From: a virus
Lineage: Duplodnaviria; Caudoviricetes
Strand: one strand, 5' to 3'
IMG/VR virus record: IMGVR_UViG_3300021225_000417
Span: 1 to 61,549 of that record
Length of the DNA stretch: 61,549 nt
Below are positions 51,972-61,529 of this stretch, in pieces. The translations under genes and the position numbers were made by a program. Positions within the stretch are counted from its first letter, which is position 1; every line of letters starts with the position of its first letter. Under the pieces are notes generated by a model. It made no database searches and was not told the DNA's origin. It saw only the letters and a program-made list of their open reading frames with translations.

Positions 51972-52211
51972 CTACTTGTTATTTGGGATGACTTTAATTT
52001 TGCCCACATATCTATGGTTAATCGCTGTCATCCCCCTGCTATTATCGCCTCCCGTGTGAGGGTCGCGATAAAATTCTTCTACGATTACGAAGTCTTCTTT
52101 CATTAGCACTTCGACAAAATGCGCAAGATCTTTTGCTGGATATTCCACGTTCATTTGATGAACGAGATTTCCAGAATAAGACGGCATGTTCATCGTAACC
52201 AAAAACCGCAT
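51972..52211 (-). CDS. Hypothetical protein
   Basis: GAGGG RBS; MRFL.TMNMPS..G..VHQ. Confidence 0.7.
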   Translation of the reverse strand: MRFLVTMNMPSYSGNLVHQMNVEYPAKDLAHFVEVLMKEDFVIVEEFYRDPHTGGDNSRGMTAINHRYVGKIKVIPNNK

Positions 52212-52254
52212 AATTCCCTCGTAACTCGTAGCGACGATCCTGATCGCTATTCAT

Positions 52255-52278
52255 AAAAGAGGGGGCGCGAGCCCCCTC
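52255..52278 (-). terminator. Intrinsic terminator
   Basis: gagggggc-tcgc-gccccctc-tttt on the minus strand. Confidence 0.75.
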
Positions 52279-52300
52279 CCATACGCAAAACGCGAACGCA

Positions 52301-52975
52301 TCAGCCGAAGTCGTCATCCGCAGCCGGAGCCGGAGCAGCGGCGGGCGGAGGAACGCGCGTCGAGCCAGTGGCCGGCGGGGACGCCGCCGCGCTGGAAGAC
52401 GCCGGCTGATTGGTGGACGCCGACGAACTACGCGGCTCGTGAACAAGGTCCTCCGGGCGGGCAACCCAATTGGTGATCTTGAACACGGGCGCGTAGTTCG
52501 TCGACTTACGGGCCCCCTCACCCGTGGTGATCGGCACGGTGTCGTCGAGAACAACGACCGGGAGCTTGCCCGGGTTGCTCTTCACGCCGGCCAGGTATTC
52601 GTCGTGAAGACCGTCGATACCGCGCACCAGCGCCTTGGCGTTGCCGGCGAATTCGCGGACGTCGCCGCCGCAGTCCTTGTGCAGCTTCAGGACAAGCCGC
52701 ACGCCGAGGCGGTGCTTGTCGCTCGGCTTCGCCGGCGTCTCGCCCTTGCCCCACACGGACATGGCGAAATCAGGGGCGCCGCCGGTATCGAAGTTCATCC
52801 AGCCGGTCTCAAGGTTTTCGAGATCGATCACGGCCTTGAAGGCGCGCGTAATGTCGACGTCCGTGTTCTCGCCATTGGCCCGATCGCGGCGGAACATGCG
52901 TCCCGCGCGGCAATCGAATTTGACGATCGGCAGGAAGTCGCCGCCGGTGCTTTCGTAATTGATGCCTAATGCCAT
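52301..52975 (-). CDS. Putative ssDNA-binding/annealing protein
   Basis: Next to the exonuclease; NY.P.F.I..WV.RP; flexible tail ending DDDFG. Confidence 0.6.
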   Translation of the reverse strand: MALGINYESTGGDFLPIVKFDCRAGRMFRRDRANGENTDVDITRAFKAVIDLENLETGWMNFDTGGAPDFAMSVWGKGETPAKPSDKHRLGVRLVLKLHKDCGGDVREFAGNAKALVRGIDGLHDEYLAGVKSNPGKLPVVVLDDTVPITTGEGARKSTNYAPVFKITNWVARPEDLVHEPRSSSASTNQPASSSAAASPPATGSTRVPPPAAAPAPAADDDFG

Positions 52976-53048
52976 TTTACAGTTTCCCTTTTACCCACGG
53001 CGATATAGCCCGCCGCATGCTCTTGCCCACGCGGGCGAAGCTCTCTGA

Positions 53049-53405
53049 TCAGGCGGCGACAAAAAATCCGTCGTCGTCAGCCGGCGTCGGCTTCTCGAAT
53101 GTCGGGATCAACGCCCGCTTGGCCTCTTCGCGCTCCTTGTGCGCCTCGACGCGCGCGCGCGCTTTTTCGACCTTCGCGTGCACCTTCTCCCATGCCTTGT
53201 AGGCGCGAGCCTCTTCGGCGGTCGCTTCGTTCAGCGCGATCTCGGCGGCCTGCAGGCGTGTCAGGCGCTTCACCGGCTTTGCTACGGCGCGCGCGCGGCT
53301 CTTCGCCTTCGCCGGCGGGCGGCCACGGCGGGCGGCGGTCTTCGGAGGGCGGCCAGGCTTGCGCTTGGCGACGACGCGCGTCTTGGTCTTCTTTGCTACT
53401 GCCAT
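53049..53405 (-). CDS. Histone-like basic protein with two AT-hook-like motifs
   Basis: KRKPGRPPK and RRGRPPAK; K/R/A-rich. Confidence 0.65.
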   Translation of the reverse strand: MAVAKKTKTRVVAKRKPGRPPKTAARRGRPPAKAKSRARAVAKPVKRLTRLQAAEIALNEATAEEARAYKAWEKVHAKVEKARARVEAHKEREEAKRALIPTFEKPTPADDDGFFVAA

Positions 53406-53418
53406 TGGATTTCCCTTT

Positions 53419-54168
53419 CTATATTCCCCAAATTTCAAAAACATGATGCCGCGTCACCGGATCGGAAAAGTAAAAACTGTCGACGTCGGGGACAGTCATC
53501 ATCGCAAGCTCTTTGGGGTCAGAGCTTTTTGAAAGAAAAGTCTGAATTCCCAGCGCTATCTTTGCGAGGGATTGGACATGCTGCTCAGCGTTTTCCAGCC
53601 GATAGGTGGCGCACTTTTTCGGGGTGATATATGTAAGTCGCGGCTCCAGAGTATTACTCTTTGCCGCAATGTATAGGGCCACCTGACGAGCGTGGTTCGT
53701 CGATATTTTTGAGGGTAGTGCATGCGTCGTCTTTATATCAGTGAGAATTTTGTGGTTCGACCACTCAAGATCGTAATAACCAATTAGAGGAACGGCAAGC
53801 CCTTCGACAAAATATTCGATTTTGCCCTGCACGCCCGTCGGCGGGCCATAGGGGCGCAATTCTTCCAGCCCGATCCGGACCATGTCCTGAACCGCCGGGC
53901 GCTCTTTATCCATGCGGTGATCAAGGCACATAGCCGTCAATTTTTCGAATTCATGCCTGGCGACAGACGCGCATTCGTCGGCCGAGGCTCCCTTCACCAG
54001 TCCGTGAACAATTCCAGCCTCGACGGCGGTCCCTCGATGCGCGGCGGCCCCAACCTGATTTTTGAGCCCCATGCATTTTGTCATGACAAATGCTGACGGG
54101 CTGCCGACGAACATGTTGCAGGAAGAGGGAGAAAGATGCGTGATGCCGAATTTTTCGAAGGGGTTCAT
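53419..54168 (-). CDS. PD-(D/E)XK exonuclease-like protein
   Basis: HLSPSS, GTAV, GYYD, DIKTT, RQVALY. Confidence 0.8.
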   Translation of the reverse strand: MNPFEKFGITHLSPSSCNMFVGSPSAFVMTKCMGLKNQVGAAAHRGTAVEAGIVHGLVKGASADECASVARHEFEKLTAMCLDHRMDKERPAVQDMVRIGLEELRPYGPPTGVQGKIEYFVEGLAVPLIGYYDLEWSNHKILTDIKTTHALPSKISTNHARQVALYIAAKSNTLEPRLTYITPKKCATYRLENAEQHVQSLAKIALGIQTFLSKSSDPKELAMMTVPDVDSFYFSDPVTRHHVFEIWGI

Positions 54169-54217
54169 GTTACCTCGATTTCAAATATTTTTATTTCTAG
54201 AGCAGTGTCGCTTTTTT

Positions 54218-54236
54218 CTGTCAAGCGCGTTGACAG
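54218..54236. promoter_or_regulatory. Back-to-back TTGACA -35 boxes in a divergent intergenic region
   Basis: ctgtcaa-gcgcg-ttgacag palindrome between divergent gene blocks. Confidence 0.55.
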
Positions 54237-54299
54237 GTTTTTCCCCGCATGACAGGGTATCGCTCTATGGGGTTTGTTGACATTGAAATGGAGATCGGG

Positions 54300-55031
54300 A
54301 TGAGCGCGCATCTGTTTGTCATCAGTAGAGAAGTTTTACACGCCGTCTCTTTTCAGGAGGTTAAAGAAACGGTGAAAGCAATGCATTCGGCTGGCGTCTT
54401 TAAGGCTCCATTCGAAGAAATTGATGTAATAATAAATGCCAATCTTTATGAGTTTCAAAAATTTGTTGAACCCAGATGGACGCCAGCTGACACAATTGCG
54501 GAAGATGAGTTTTTTAGTATGATTGTCAAATATATAAGCAAAAATGATGGGTATGATGCATATTTTTGTGCGAGGAACGATAAGCTGAGAAGGTTTGTTT
54601 CTCTGGAAGAGGCGATTGAAAAAGTTAAAAATAGTGAATTTACAGGAGATATCAAGAAATTTGCGGATGATTTAAGAACAACCATAGCTTGTATTTATGG
54701 AACATTGGTCGTTTTGCTTGCAACAAAAAACATCGAAAAACGCACGCATGAAACGCATATAAAAAAACATGCCTCCGGGTCCAAAAAAAGAAAATCTCAA
54801 TATAGATACTCTGGCATCACAGAGCTTCATATCGGCAAAATATCCGAGACTTTTAATAGCGACGGAAGCCGTGGTCCTGTCCGCCCTCATCTTAGACGCG
54901 GCCACGTCAGAAATCAGCGTATCGGAGAGGGTCGGAAGGATGTAAAGCAGGTCTTCATCCAGCCGGTGTTCGTCAACGCGGACGACGGGTGGATCGAAAA
55001 TCAACGGAAAGAATACAGGATCAAAGTATGA
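54300..55031 (+). CDS. Hypothetical protein with C-terminal PH.RRGH.R motif
   Basis: RPHLRRGHVRNQ..G.GR...K..FI.P..V; AT-rich N-terminal part. Confidence 0.7.
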   Translation: MSAHLFVISREVLHAVSFQEVKETVKAMHSAGVFKAPFEEIDVIINANLYEFQKFVEPRWTPADTIAEDEFFSMIVKYISKNDGYDAYFCARNDKLRRFVSLEEAIEKVKNSEFTGDIKKFADDLRTTIACIYGTLVVLLATKNIEKRTHETHIKKHASGSKKRKSQYRYSGITELHIGKISETFNSDGSRGPVRPHLRRGHVRNQRIGEGRKDVKQVFIQPVFVNADDGWIENQRKEYRIKV

Positions 55032-55489
55032 CAGACACATGCATCATGGGCGTCGACCCCGGCGCGTCGGGCGCTGTTGCGTTTTATTACCCGAAATATC
55101 CGCAACGCGTCGCGGTCTACGACGTTCCGATCGTCGGCAAGGAAATCAATTGCTCCGCCCTGATGCAGCTTGTTCAGACGCATGCGCCAGAGCTTGCCGT
55201 TATTGAGCTGGTTCACTCCATGCCCAAGCAAGGCGTGGCGTCGAGCTTTTCTTTCGGCATGGCCTTTGGCATGGTTCGCGGCGTCGTCGCTGGCGCCTTC
55301 ATCCCGACGTATCTGGTGTCGCCAACAAAATGGAAGAAACACTTTGGTCTTGATAGCGACAAGGAAAAGGCCCGCGCGCTTGCAATTTCCAAGTGGCCTG
55401 AGTGCGCGCACTTCAACAGGAAGAAAGATCACGGGCGCGCAGAAGCGGCTCTTCTGGCGCTTTATGGCTCGCAAGTCATAAGGGTATGA
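55028..55489 (+). CDS. RuvC-like Holliday junction resolvase
   Basis: GVDPG..GA, VIE.V, QGV.S.F.FG, P..WK, DHGRAEA. Confidence 0.85.
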   Translation: MTDTCIMGVDPGASGAVAFYYPKYPQRVAVYDVPIVGKEINCSALMQLVQTHAPELAVIELVHSMPKQGVASSFSFGMAFGMVRGVVAGAFIPTYLVSPTKWKKHFGLDSDKEKARALAISKWPECAHFNRKKDHGRAEAALLALYGSQVIRV

Positions 55490-55650
55490 TCATGGCAAAA
55501 GACGTTTGTGAAATGACTGTTCAGGAGCTTCGGCAAGAATGTCTGAGGCTTCGGGAGCGCATCAATTTAATCGTAGAGGCAGCTGCGAATAAGCTAGAAG
55601 AGAAAGGCTGCGTCGAGTGCGCGCAATCTATCCGCTCTCTGAAAGAATAA
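55486..55650 (+). CDS. Hypothetical protein
   Basis: ATGA overlap; C-terminal CxxC. Confidence 0.5.
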   Translation: MIMAKDVCEMTVQELRQECLRLRERINLIVEAAANKLEEKGCVECAQSIRSLKE

Positions 55651-55653
55651 GCC

Positions 55654-55956
55654 ATGACGCCTTACGAAAAGATCAAAAAACGGTGCGCTGAAGACCCAGA
55701 GTATCGCGAAAAATATCTTGCGATGAAGGCAAAGAATAATCAGGCAAGACGCGACAGGATCAAGGCGAAAATGTCTCCGGAAGAATTGGAAGACCGACGC
55801 AGGCGGAACGAAGAGAAGCGTATTGCGGCGGTGAAGGCGGCGCACGCGCGGCAAGGCCACAGGCTGACGCCAGAGCGGCACCCTGACCTGCCTGCGTGGA
55901 AAAAGGGAAAGCCGGGGCGGATTGTTTCGATGTGCGGCTGGCATGGGTGGAGTTGA
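55654..55956 (+). CDS. Hypothetical basic protein
   Basis: Operon ORF. Confidence 0.55.
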   Translation: MTPYEKIKKRCAEDPEYREKYLAMKAKNNQARRDRIKAKMSPEELEDRRRRNEEKRIAAVKAAHARQGHRLTPERHPDLPAWKKGKPGRIVSMCGWHGWS

Positions 55957-55959
55957 GCG

Positions 55960-56265
55960 ATGGCGCATCAAGATTATGAAGCCGACCGGGAAATCAATCG
56001 AGACATAAACGAAGGCGTGCGCTGGTATCTCATGGCGGCATACGCCTACTACATCAAAGACGCACCGATCGTTTCCGACGATTTCTTTGATCGCTTGGCG
56101 GTGCGACTACGCACTGCGTGGGAAACAATCGAGCATCCACACAAGCACCTGATAACCGAAGACGATTTGTGGTGCGGGTCGTTGCTACTGGCGGAAGATA
56201 AATATCCTAAAGAGATTATTGACGCCGCTATTCGTGAGGGGGCGGGTGGAGTTGACGATGTTTAG
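55960..56265 (+). CDS. Protein resembling the isolated N-terminal (Ia) subdomain of NAD-dependent DNA ligase
   Basis: AYAYY..D.PIVSD..FD.L. Confidence 0.65.
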   Translation: MAHQDYEADREINRDINEGVRWYLMAAYAYYIKDAPIVSDDFFDRLAVRLRTAWETIEHPHKHLITEDDLWCGSLLLAEDKYPKEIIDAAIREGAGGVDDV

Positions 56266-56349
56266 AAAAGCGATGTGGGCTTTTATCGTGCTAACCGCAA
56301 TCATATGGGCGCTTGTGCTTGGCGCTCCGAAGGATGGGGGGATTTATTG

Positions 56350-56739
56350 ATGGAACACCAATGGAAAGTTGGCGAATGGTATAAGACGCGCGGCGGAGAC
56401 GATGCGCAAGTTTTGGACGTGGATTTCAAAAATAAAGAAGGAGCGATTTTAGGAAAAATACGATACTCCGAAGAAGATGAGGATTACGGAACTTGGTATA
56501 AAGATGGAAATTGGAAACTTTGGTCGGAACACAAAAACGACCTCGTGCCACCCGTGGAGCGTAAAGAGCTTTGGGCAAATGTTTATAAAAATTGGTTATC
56601 TTGCCCGGAAAAAACAAAAGACGAAGCGAAAAAATCCGCCCTATCCGAATGCATCGGCATGATCCACATCGTTATTGAGGGCGACGACTTCACAGTTGAG
56701 AAGGTGACGGGATGGCCGAGCTGGCGCGCGAAGAACTGA
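56350..56739 (+). CDS. Hypothetical protein (paralog of 58643..59002)
   Basis: YKTRGG..A..G..W..DG..DL..W.NVY. Confidence 0.7.
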   Translation: MEHQWKVGEWYKTRGGDDAQVLDVDFKNKEGAILGKIRYSEEDEDYGTWYKDGNWKLWSEHKNDLVPPVERKELWANVYKNWLSCPEKTKDEAKKSALSECIGMIHIVIEGDDFTVEKVTGWPSWRAKN

Positions 56740-57005
56740 TTGAGAAGATGGCTGACGCAATGTTCGCATCTGACGAAGATGGGACATTAAGGGTTGACGT
56801 TATGGCCCGCGCCGCACTCGCAATCGCTGAGCCGGTGATACGGGAGCAGTGTGCGAGGATTGCGGATAAACATTCTTCGGAAGTTAGCGTAAGTAAGTTC
56901 ACGACAGCGACAAACGCTTTGTGCGCTCAAAAAATGGCCAAAGACATCGCCGCTGCTATTCGGGATAGCAGGAACTGCGTTCCAGAGGGAGGGAGGGAAA
57001 CATGA
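56712..57005 (+). CDS. Hypothetical protein
   Basis: RE.CA.IA..IAAAIR pattern. Confidence 0.6.
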   Translation: MAELAREELIEKMADAMFASDEDGTLRVDVMARAALAIAEPVIREQCARIADKHSSEVSVSKFTTATNALCAQKMAKDIAAAIRDSRNCVPEGGRET

Positions 57006-57730
57006 GTGACGATGTGGTCAAACGGTATAATGGTGCCAGACCGATACAGGCTCCGGCTCAACTGTTGGCGGATGCAATTCATGAAATCGAGGTTCTACGC
57101 GAAGAAAACGCGCGGCTGCAAGGATTGCTCCGAGAAGCGCACGTAAAAATGGAAGCCAACAACTTATGGAGCAATTTGCGACATCGCGTGGCCGCAGCTA
57201 TTCGGGAGGGAGAAAGGATGCCTAACATACCCAAAGAGCTTGCCTATCTCTGCACGCCTCATGCCGAACGCTTGTCGGACTTTGACCGCATCAACGAATT
57301 TTGTAGGGTGGGCAGAGAGGCCGTGAAATTGTTAGGTGAACAAGCTGCTGAGATCGAACGGCTAGAGCAAGAACGCAACGCCCTTCGCGAAGAAAACGCG
57401 CGGCTTCTCGCAGCCAACAAAGACCTTCAGCTTCATTTTGATGTAGTGATAGAAGACTTAAAAGAAGCAGAGGAAGAAAACGCGGGGCTTCGAGAGCAAA
57501 TTAATTCAGCCTATGACAAAGGGCGCGGATCGCTCGGCAAAGTCGTAGTGGCAGGACACGCGCTGTTCGTCTACGCGCAGAAAATGACGCATAAAATAAA
57601 GCACCATTCGCTTGAAAAATTATTTCCGTTGCCAGACGGCGAGTTACTGGCGTTTATTGAAGCGGTTAATGAAAGCAGTAATAGCGAACGCGCTCGCGCC
57701 GCTATTCGGGAGGGAAGGAAGGATGATTGA
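57002..57730 (+). CDS. Modular coiled-coil hypothetical protein (probable fusion of two cassettes)
   Basis: EI..LREENARL repeats; internal AAIREG followed by an in-frame ATG at 57218. Confidence 0.65.
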   Translation: MSDDVVKRYNGARPIQAPAQLLADAIHEIEVLREENARLQGLLREAHVKMEANNLWSNLRHRVAAAIREGERMPNIPKELAYLCTPHAERLSDFDRINEFCRVGREAVKLLGEQAAEIERLEQERNALREENARLLAANKDLQLHFDVVIEDLKEAEEENAGLREQINSAYDKGRGSLGKVVVAGHALFVYAQKMTHKIKHHSLEKLFPLPDGELLAFIEAVNESSNSERARAAIREGRKDD

Positions 57731-57995
57731 CATAGTAGATAGGCTTCGAGCTACTGCAGACTTCGGCATTCCCGACTACACGAACAGCAAATTACTTCGG
57801 GAGGCTTCCGATGAGATCGTCCGCCTGCGTGAGGCGTTGCAACGAATATCAAACCCCGACAATTGGGATGATGACGGCTGTTGGTTGGCGGACAGCTACC
57901 CGGACGAAATAGCTGAAGAGGCCCTTAATAGGCAGATTTATGACGATAATGAAACCCGCCTCAGCCGCCCCCTCTCTGGAGAGAACGAAAGATGA
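57723..57995 (+). CDS. Hypothetical protein (DIV.RLR..EA.DEI.RLR family)
   Basis: Typical small phage accessory module. Confidence 0.65.
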   Translation: MIDIVDRLRATADFGIPDYTNSKLLREASDEIVRLREALQRISNPDNWDDDGCWLADSYPDEIAEEALNRQIYDDNETRLSRPLSGENER

Positions 57996-58270
57996 GTAAC
58001 TTTTACAGAAAAAAGCCTGTTGTTGTCGAGGTAATGCGCCTTACCGATGAAACAATGTGGAAGGTTCGCGATTGGATTGGTGATCGCGTAAAAGAATGGT
58101 GTTGGGATGAAGTTGAAAAATACATATACATCAAAACGCTTGAGGGGAACATGTTAGCCCGTGAAGGAGATTGGATAATCAAAGGCGTAAAAGGCGAGTT
58201 TTATCCTTGCCAGCCCGATATATTCGAAATGACTTATGAACATCTCCAGCGTGGCGATGAGCTGGAGTAA
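57992..58270 (+). CDS. Conserved phage protein (RKKPVV..TLEG..GD.II.G..GE.YPC family)
   Basis: YRKKPVVVE, IKTLEGNM.A..GDWIIKGVKGEFYPC.PDIFE.TYE. Confidence 0.85.
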   Translation: MSNFYRKKPVVVEVMRLTDETMWKVRDWIGDRVKEWCWDEVEKYIYIKTLEGNMLAREGDWIIKGVKGEFYPCQPDIFEMTYEHLQRGDELE

Positions 58271-58448
58271 TCCGATGCGAAAACAACCTTCTAAGCGACG
58301 AATATTGGCGCGCTTTCGGCTTGGCAAATGGGTGGATGAAGTTGACATTGTGAGGCATGATCTGGATCTGCGGTATGGTTTTTACAAAGATCCGATTGAG
58401 CGGCATTTTTTGGGGCACATGGTCAGAAGAAAAAGGCGGGAGAATTAA

Positions 58449-58646
58449 ATGTCAGATGAAACTTATATAGGAGACGGCCTGTATGCGTCTTTCGATGGAT
58501 ATCAGATCAGGCTGCGCGCCCCGCGCGAGGGCGGCGATCACGTCGTATATCTGGATGACGCGACATTCTGCTCGTTCATGGACTACGTTCAGGAAGCTGT
58601 CGGGATTAAGATTGAAATCATGAAAGCTGGTGGAGAAAAAAAATGA
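58449..58646 (+). CDS. Hypothetical protein
   Basis: YIGDG.Y.SFDG..I.L..VYL. Confidence 0.7.
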   Translation: MSDETYIGDGLYASFDGYQIRLRAPREGGDHVVYLDDATFCSFMDYVQEAVGIKIEIMKAGGEKK

Positions 58647-59002
58647 CCAAGTATGAAAAGAATAAGGTGTATCCAACCAGAAATGGCGACAAGGCTATCA
58701 TTTACGATCTAAATTACCAGAATGTGGAGATTGGTAAGCCGCGAATGCTTGGGAAGGTCATTCAAAAGACATGCTCAGATGTTGCCAGGACATGGGACGA
58801 AAGCGGAAGAATTAATCCGGACGTCGTCCATGATCACGATATTATGATTGGATATTCATCATTCCACAATGTTTATTGCGATTACTTGGGCAATCCTCAT
58901 AAAAGTAGAGAAGAGGCGGATATACAAAAAGGGGCGCATCGTATCGGCGTTGTAGAAATCAGCGTATGGGAAGGCGAGATAACGACGGTGGTGCATAAAT
59001 GA
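58643..59002 (+). CDS. Hypothetical protein (paralog of 56350..56739)
   Basis: YPTRNG.KA..GK..W...G..D..NVY. Confidence 0.7.
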   Translation: MTKYEKNKVYPTRNGDKAIIYDLNYQNVEIGKPRMLGKVIQKTCSDVARTWDESGRINPDVVHDHDIMIGYSSFHNVYCDYLGNPHKSREEADIQKGAHRIGVVEISVWEGEITTVVHK

Positions 59003-59147
59003 CGTGGGTCCTCGCTCTCTGGATATACGGCGCCGGCGTCGTGACGCAGGAATATTCTTCGCGCGAGGCATGCGAGCGCGCGGCGAGAGAAATCCGGTCA
59101 AATGTAATCGGCGGGATGGGATACTCCTGCTCCCAAAAATAAAAAAA

Positions 59148-59172
59148 TAGACAGCGGTGTGAGCGCTGTCTA
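59148..59172. other. Inverted repeat upstream of the primase-helicase gene
   Basis: tagacagcg-gtgtgag-cgctgtcta preceded by an A-tract. Confidence 0.5.
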
Positions 59173-59293
59173 GTTTGGGAGGAAACGCCCAAGAAGGAGC
59201 GTCGCGCTTTTTATACGCCAATTTTCAAAAGGCGTGCAAGAGGCGACGCTCGAATATTTTGATATTACGTCACCCGAGCAAAGAGCCTCCAAA

Positions 59294-61489
59294 ATGCAAG
59301 AAAATTTTGACGCCGATTTTGCGTCCGTTTCACAATGGGCGCGGATGTATAGATCGTGCGGCCTGCAGGTTGTTCCCGCCAAGTCGCCGGCGGAGGTCAA
59401 GAGAAACGAAAGCTTCAAGCGCCCGGCGATCGCGTGGCGCGAACACGAAAAGCATTTGATTGGCGACGAACTTTTTGAGCAGTGGTATGGCGCAGGCGGC
59501 GAGTTCGCCAATCGTCAGAACATGGGCGTCATAACCGGCTCCTGCTCGGGCAATCTCCTCGTCATCGACCTCGACACCCACAAGCATCCGGAGGCTGACA
59601 TATGGTGGGGGGGCATTCACGCCGACCACCATGGCGGCGTCTTTCTGGAAACCGCCACGCAGACGACAGGCGGCGGCGGCAAGCAATATTTCTTTCGCGC
59701 GCCGGCTGGCGTGCGTCTCCCGACGACGAAGACGCCGATCGGCGTCGATTTTCGGGGCGAAGGCGGCTTCGCCATGCTGCCTCCGTCGAAGCACGACAGC
59801 GGCGGCTACTACCACTGGGATGACGGCTTCGAGCCCAACGAAGTCGGGATTGAGCTGGCTCCGGAGTGGCTGCTGGAGGAGGTGATCACGCTGGCGGCGA
59901 AATACGGCGCCGGCGGAGAGGGCTCTTCAGGCGCAAAAGAGAAGACCCCGACGCCGGAGAGGGCCACCGACGCCTTCGGCAACATCGTCGACGGGCGCGA
60001 AGATTACATGCACCGCATGATCTTCGCCGCGGTCGTCAACTCCTACCGCGACTGCCCGATCTTGCCCGACCCGGGCGAGCAGCAGCGCCTGATGCGCGAG
60101 TGCTTCAAGCTTTACGAGCTTCGCGTGAAATCCCGCCTGCGCGAGCCCGGCACACCCAACCACATCCTCCTGGAGCGCGAGGGACGCGGCCTGACGGTGT
60201 TCACGCAAAAGTGGCGCGAGACCGTCGCCCAATGGGACAACAAGATCGCGCGCGCGGCCGGCGAGCCGCCGCCAAAGAGGGGCGACGCGACGGCCGCCGG
60301 CGCTCCGGAGGCGGGCCCCGGCGGCGGGGCAGTCTCTTCCGACCCTGACGAAGACGGCTTTTCGGGCGGCCGGATCGAGGTCGCGGACCCGGAGGCGGAC
60401 GTCTACGAGCTTCTGAGCATCCGCGACATCATGAACATGCCGGACCCGGTCTATCTGGTCGAGGACCTGATCATGGAGCGCGCGCTCGGGTTTCTGTTCG
60501 CCGCGCCGGGGCTGGGCAAGACTTTCATCGCCAAGGGCATAGCACTGTCAATCGCCACCGGCCGCCCGGACTGGTGGGGGCGCAAGATCAGCCGCAAGGC
60601 GCCGGTCCTCTACATCTCTTCGGAGGGCGTGAACGACATGAAGTTCCGCATCGAGGCGTGGTCGCTCAGACACAAGACGCCCGTCACCGAGGGCGACATC
60701 AATTTCCATTTGCTGAAGGACAGCGTGAACTTCATGGACGCCGAGTGCGTCATGAAATTGCTGCGGACCATGCGGGCGGAATACGGCGACGCGCCGCCGG
60801 CGATGGTCATCGTCGACACGGTGTCGAGGACGCTGCCGGGCGCCGACGAGAACCTGCAGAAGGACATGACGCTCTACATCAAGACCTGCCAGGCGATCCA
60901 GGAGGCATTCGGGTGCGCCGTCATGGGCGTCCACCACACGGCGCGCGCCGGCGCGAACATGCGCGGCTCGACGGTCTTCGACGGCGCCGCCGACTTCCTG
61001 ATGTCGATTGATGTCGACGAGGAGACGGGGGATCGCTTTCTCGTCGCCCGCAAGATCAAGTCGGCGCGCGACGGCTGGCGGGAAGCTTTCACGCTGACGG
61101 AAGTGGCTGTCGGCATCGGGAAGTCGTCCCTCGTCGCCGAGCGCGTCACCGATCGCCCGCAGCCCGCTGGCGAGGGCTTCGGCGGCCGGCAGGAGATGGG
61201 AGGCGAGATCGTGGACGGGAAGAAGTGGCCGCACATGGATGTCTGCAAGGCCGTGCTGCGAGACCTGCAGCGCGCCTGGGACGAGGGGCGTCCGTGGAGC
61301 AGCAACAAGCAGACGCGCGAGGACGGGCGCTACGCGCCGTGGCTGATGAAGGACCGGTTTGGCATTGAGCCGGCGCTCGCCGAGAACATGATCCGCCGTT
61401 GGCTGAGCAACGACGTGATCTCGTCGGAGCTGCGTGACAGCAAAACCAAGATGAAGGGATTGCGCGTCATGAACGGGCTGCCGACGTGA
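59294..61489 (+). CDS. Bifunctional Prim-Pol primase + AAA_25 (RecA-like) helicase
   Basis: NMGVITG, VIDLD, T.GGG.QY.F, D.RG.GG..PPS.H; Walker A AAPGLGKT, EG, IVDT, VHH, RGS. Confidence 0.9.
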   Translation: MQENFDADFASVSQWARMYRSCGLQVVPAKSPAEVKRNESFKRPAIAWREHEKHLIGDELFEQWYGAGGEFANRQNMGVITGSCSGNLLVIDLDTHKHPEADIWWGGIHADHHGGVFLETATQTTGGGGKQYFFRAPAGVRLPTTKTPIGVDFRGEGGFAMLPPSKHDSGGYYHWDDGFEPNEVGIELAPEWLLEEVITLAAKYGAGGEGSSGAKEKTPTPERATDAFGNIVDGREDYMHRMIFAAVVNSYRDCPILPDPGEQQRLMRECFKLYELRVKSRLREPGTPNHILLEREGRGLTVFTQKWRETVAQWDNKIARAAGEPPPKRGDATAAGAPEAGPGGGAVSSDPDEDGFSGGRIEVADPEADVYELLSIRDIMNMPDPVYLVEDLIMERALGFLFAAPGLGKTFIAKGIALSIATGRPDWWGRKISRKAPVLYISSEGVNDMKFRIEAWSLRHKTPVTEGDINFHLLKDSVNFMDAECVMKLLRTMRAEYGDAPPAMVIVDTVSRTLPGADENLQKDMTLYIKTCQAIQEAFGCAVMGVHHTARAGANMRGSTVFDGAADFLMSIDVDEETGDRFLVARKIKSARDGWREAFTLTEVAVGIGKSSLVAERVTDRPQPAGEGFGGRQEMGGEIVDGKKWPHMDVCKAVLRDLQRAWDEGRPWSSNKQTREDGRYAPWLMKDRFGIEPALAENMIRRWLSNDVISSELRDSKTKMKGLRVMNGLPT

Positions 61490-61529
61490 TCCGGCGCTTC
61501 GGAAATCGCGATCGCGGCGCGATCACTGA

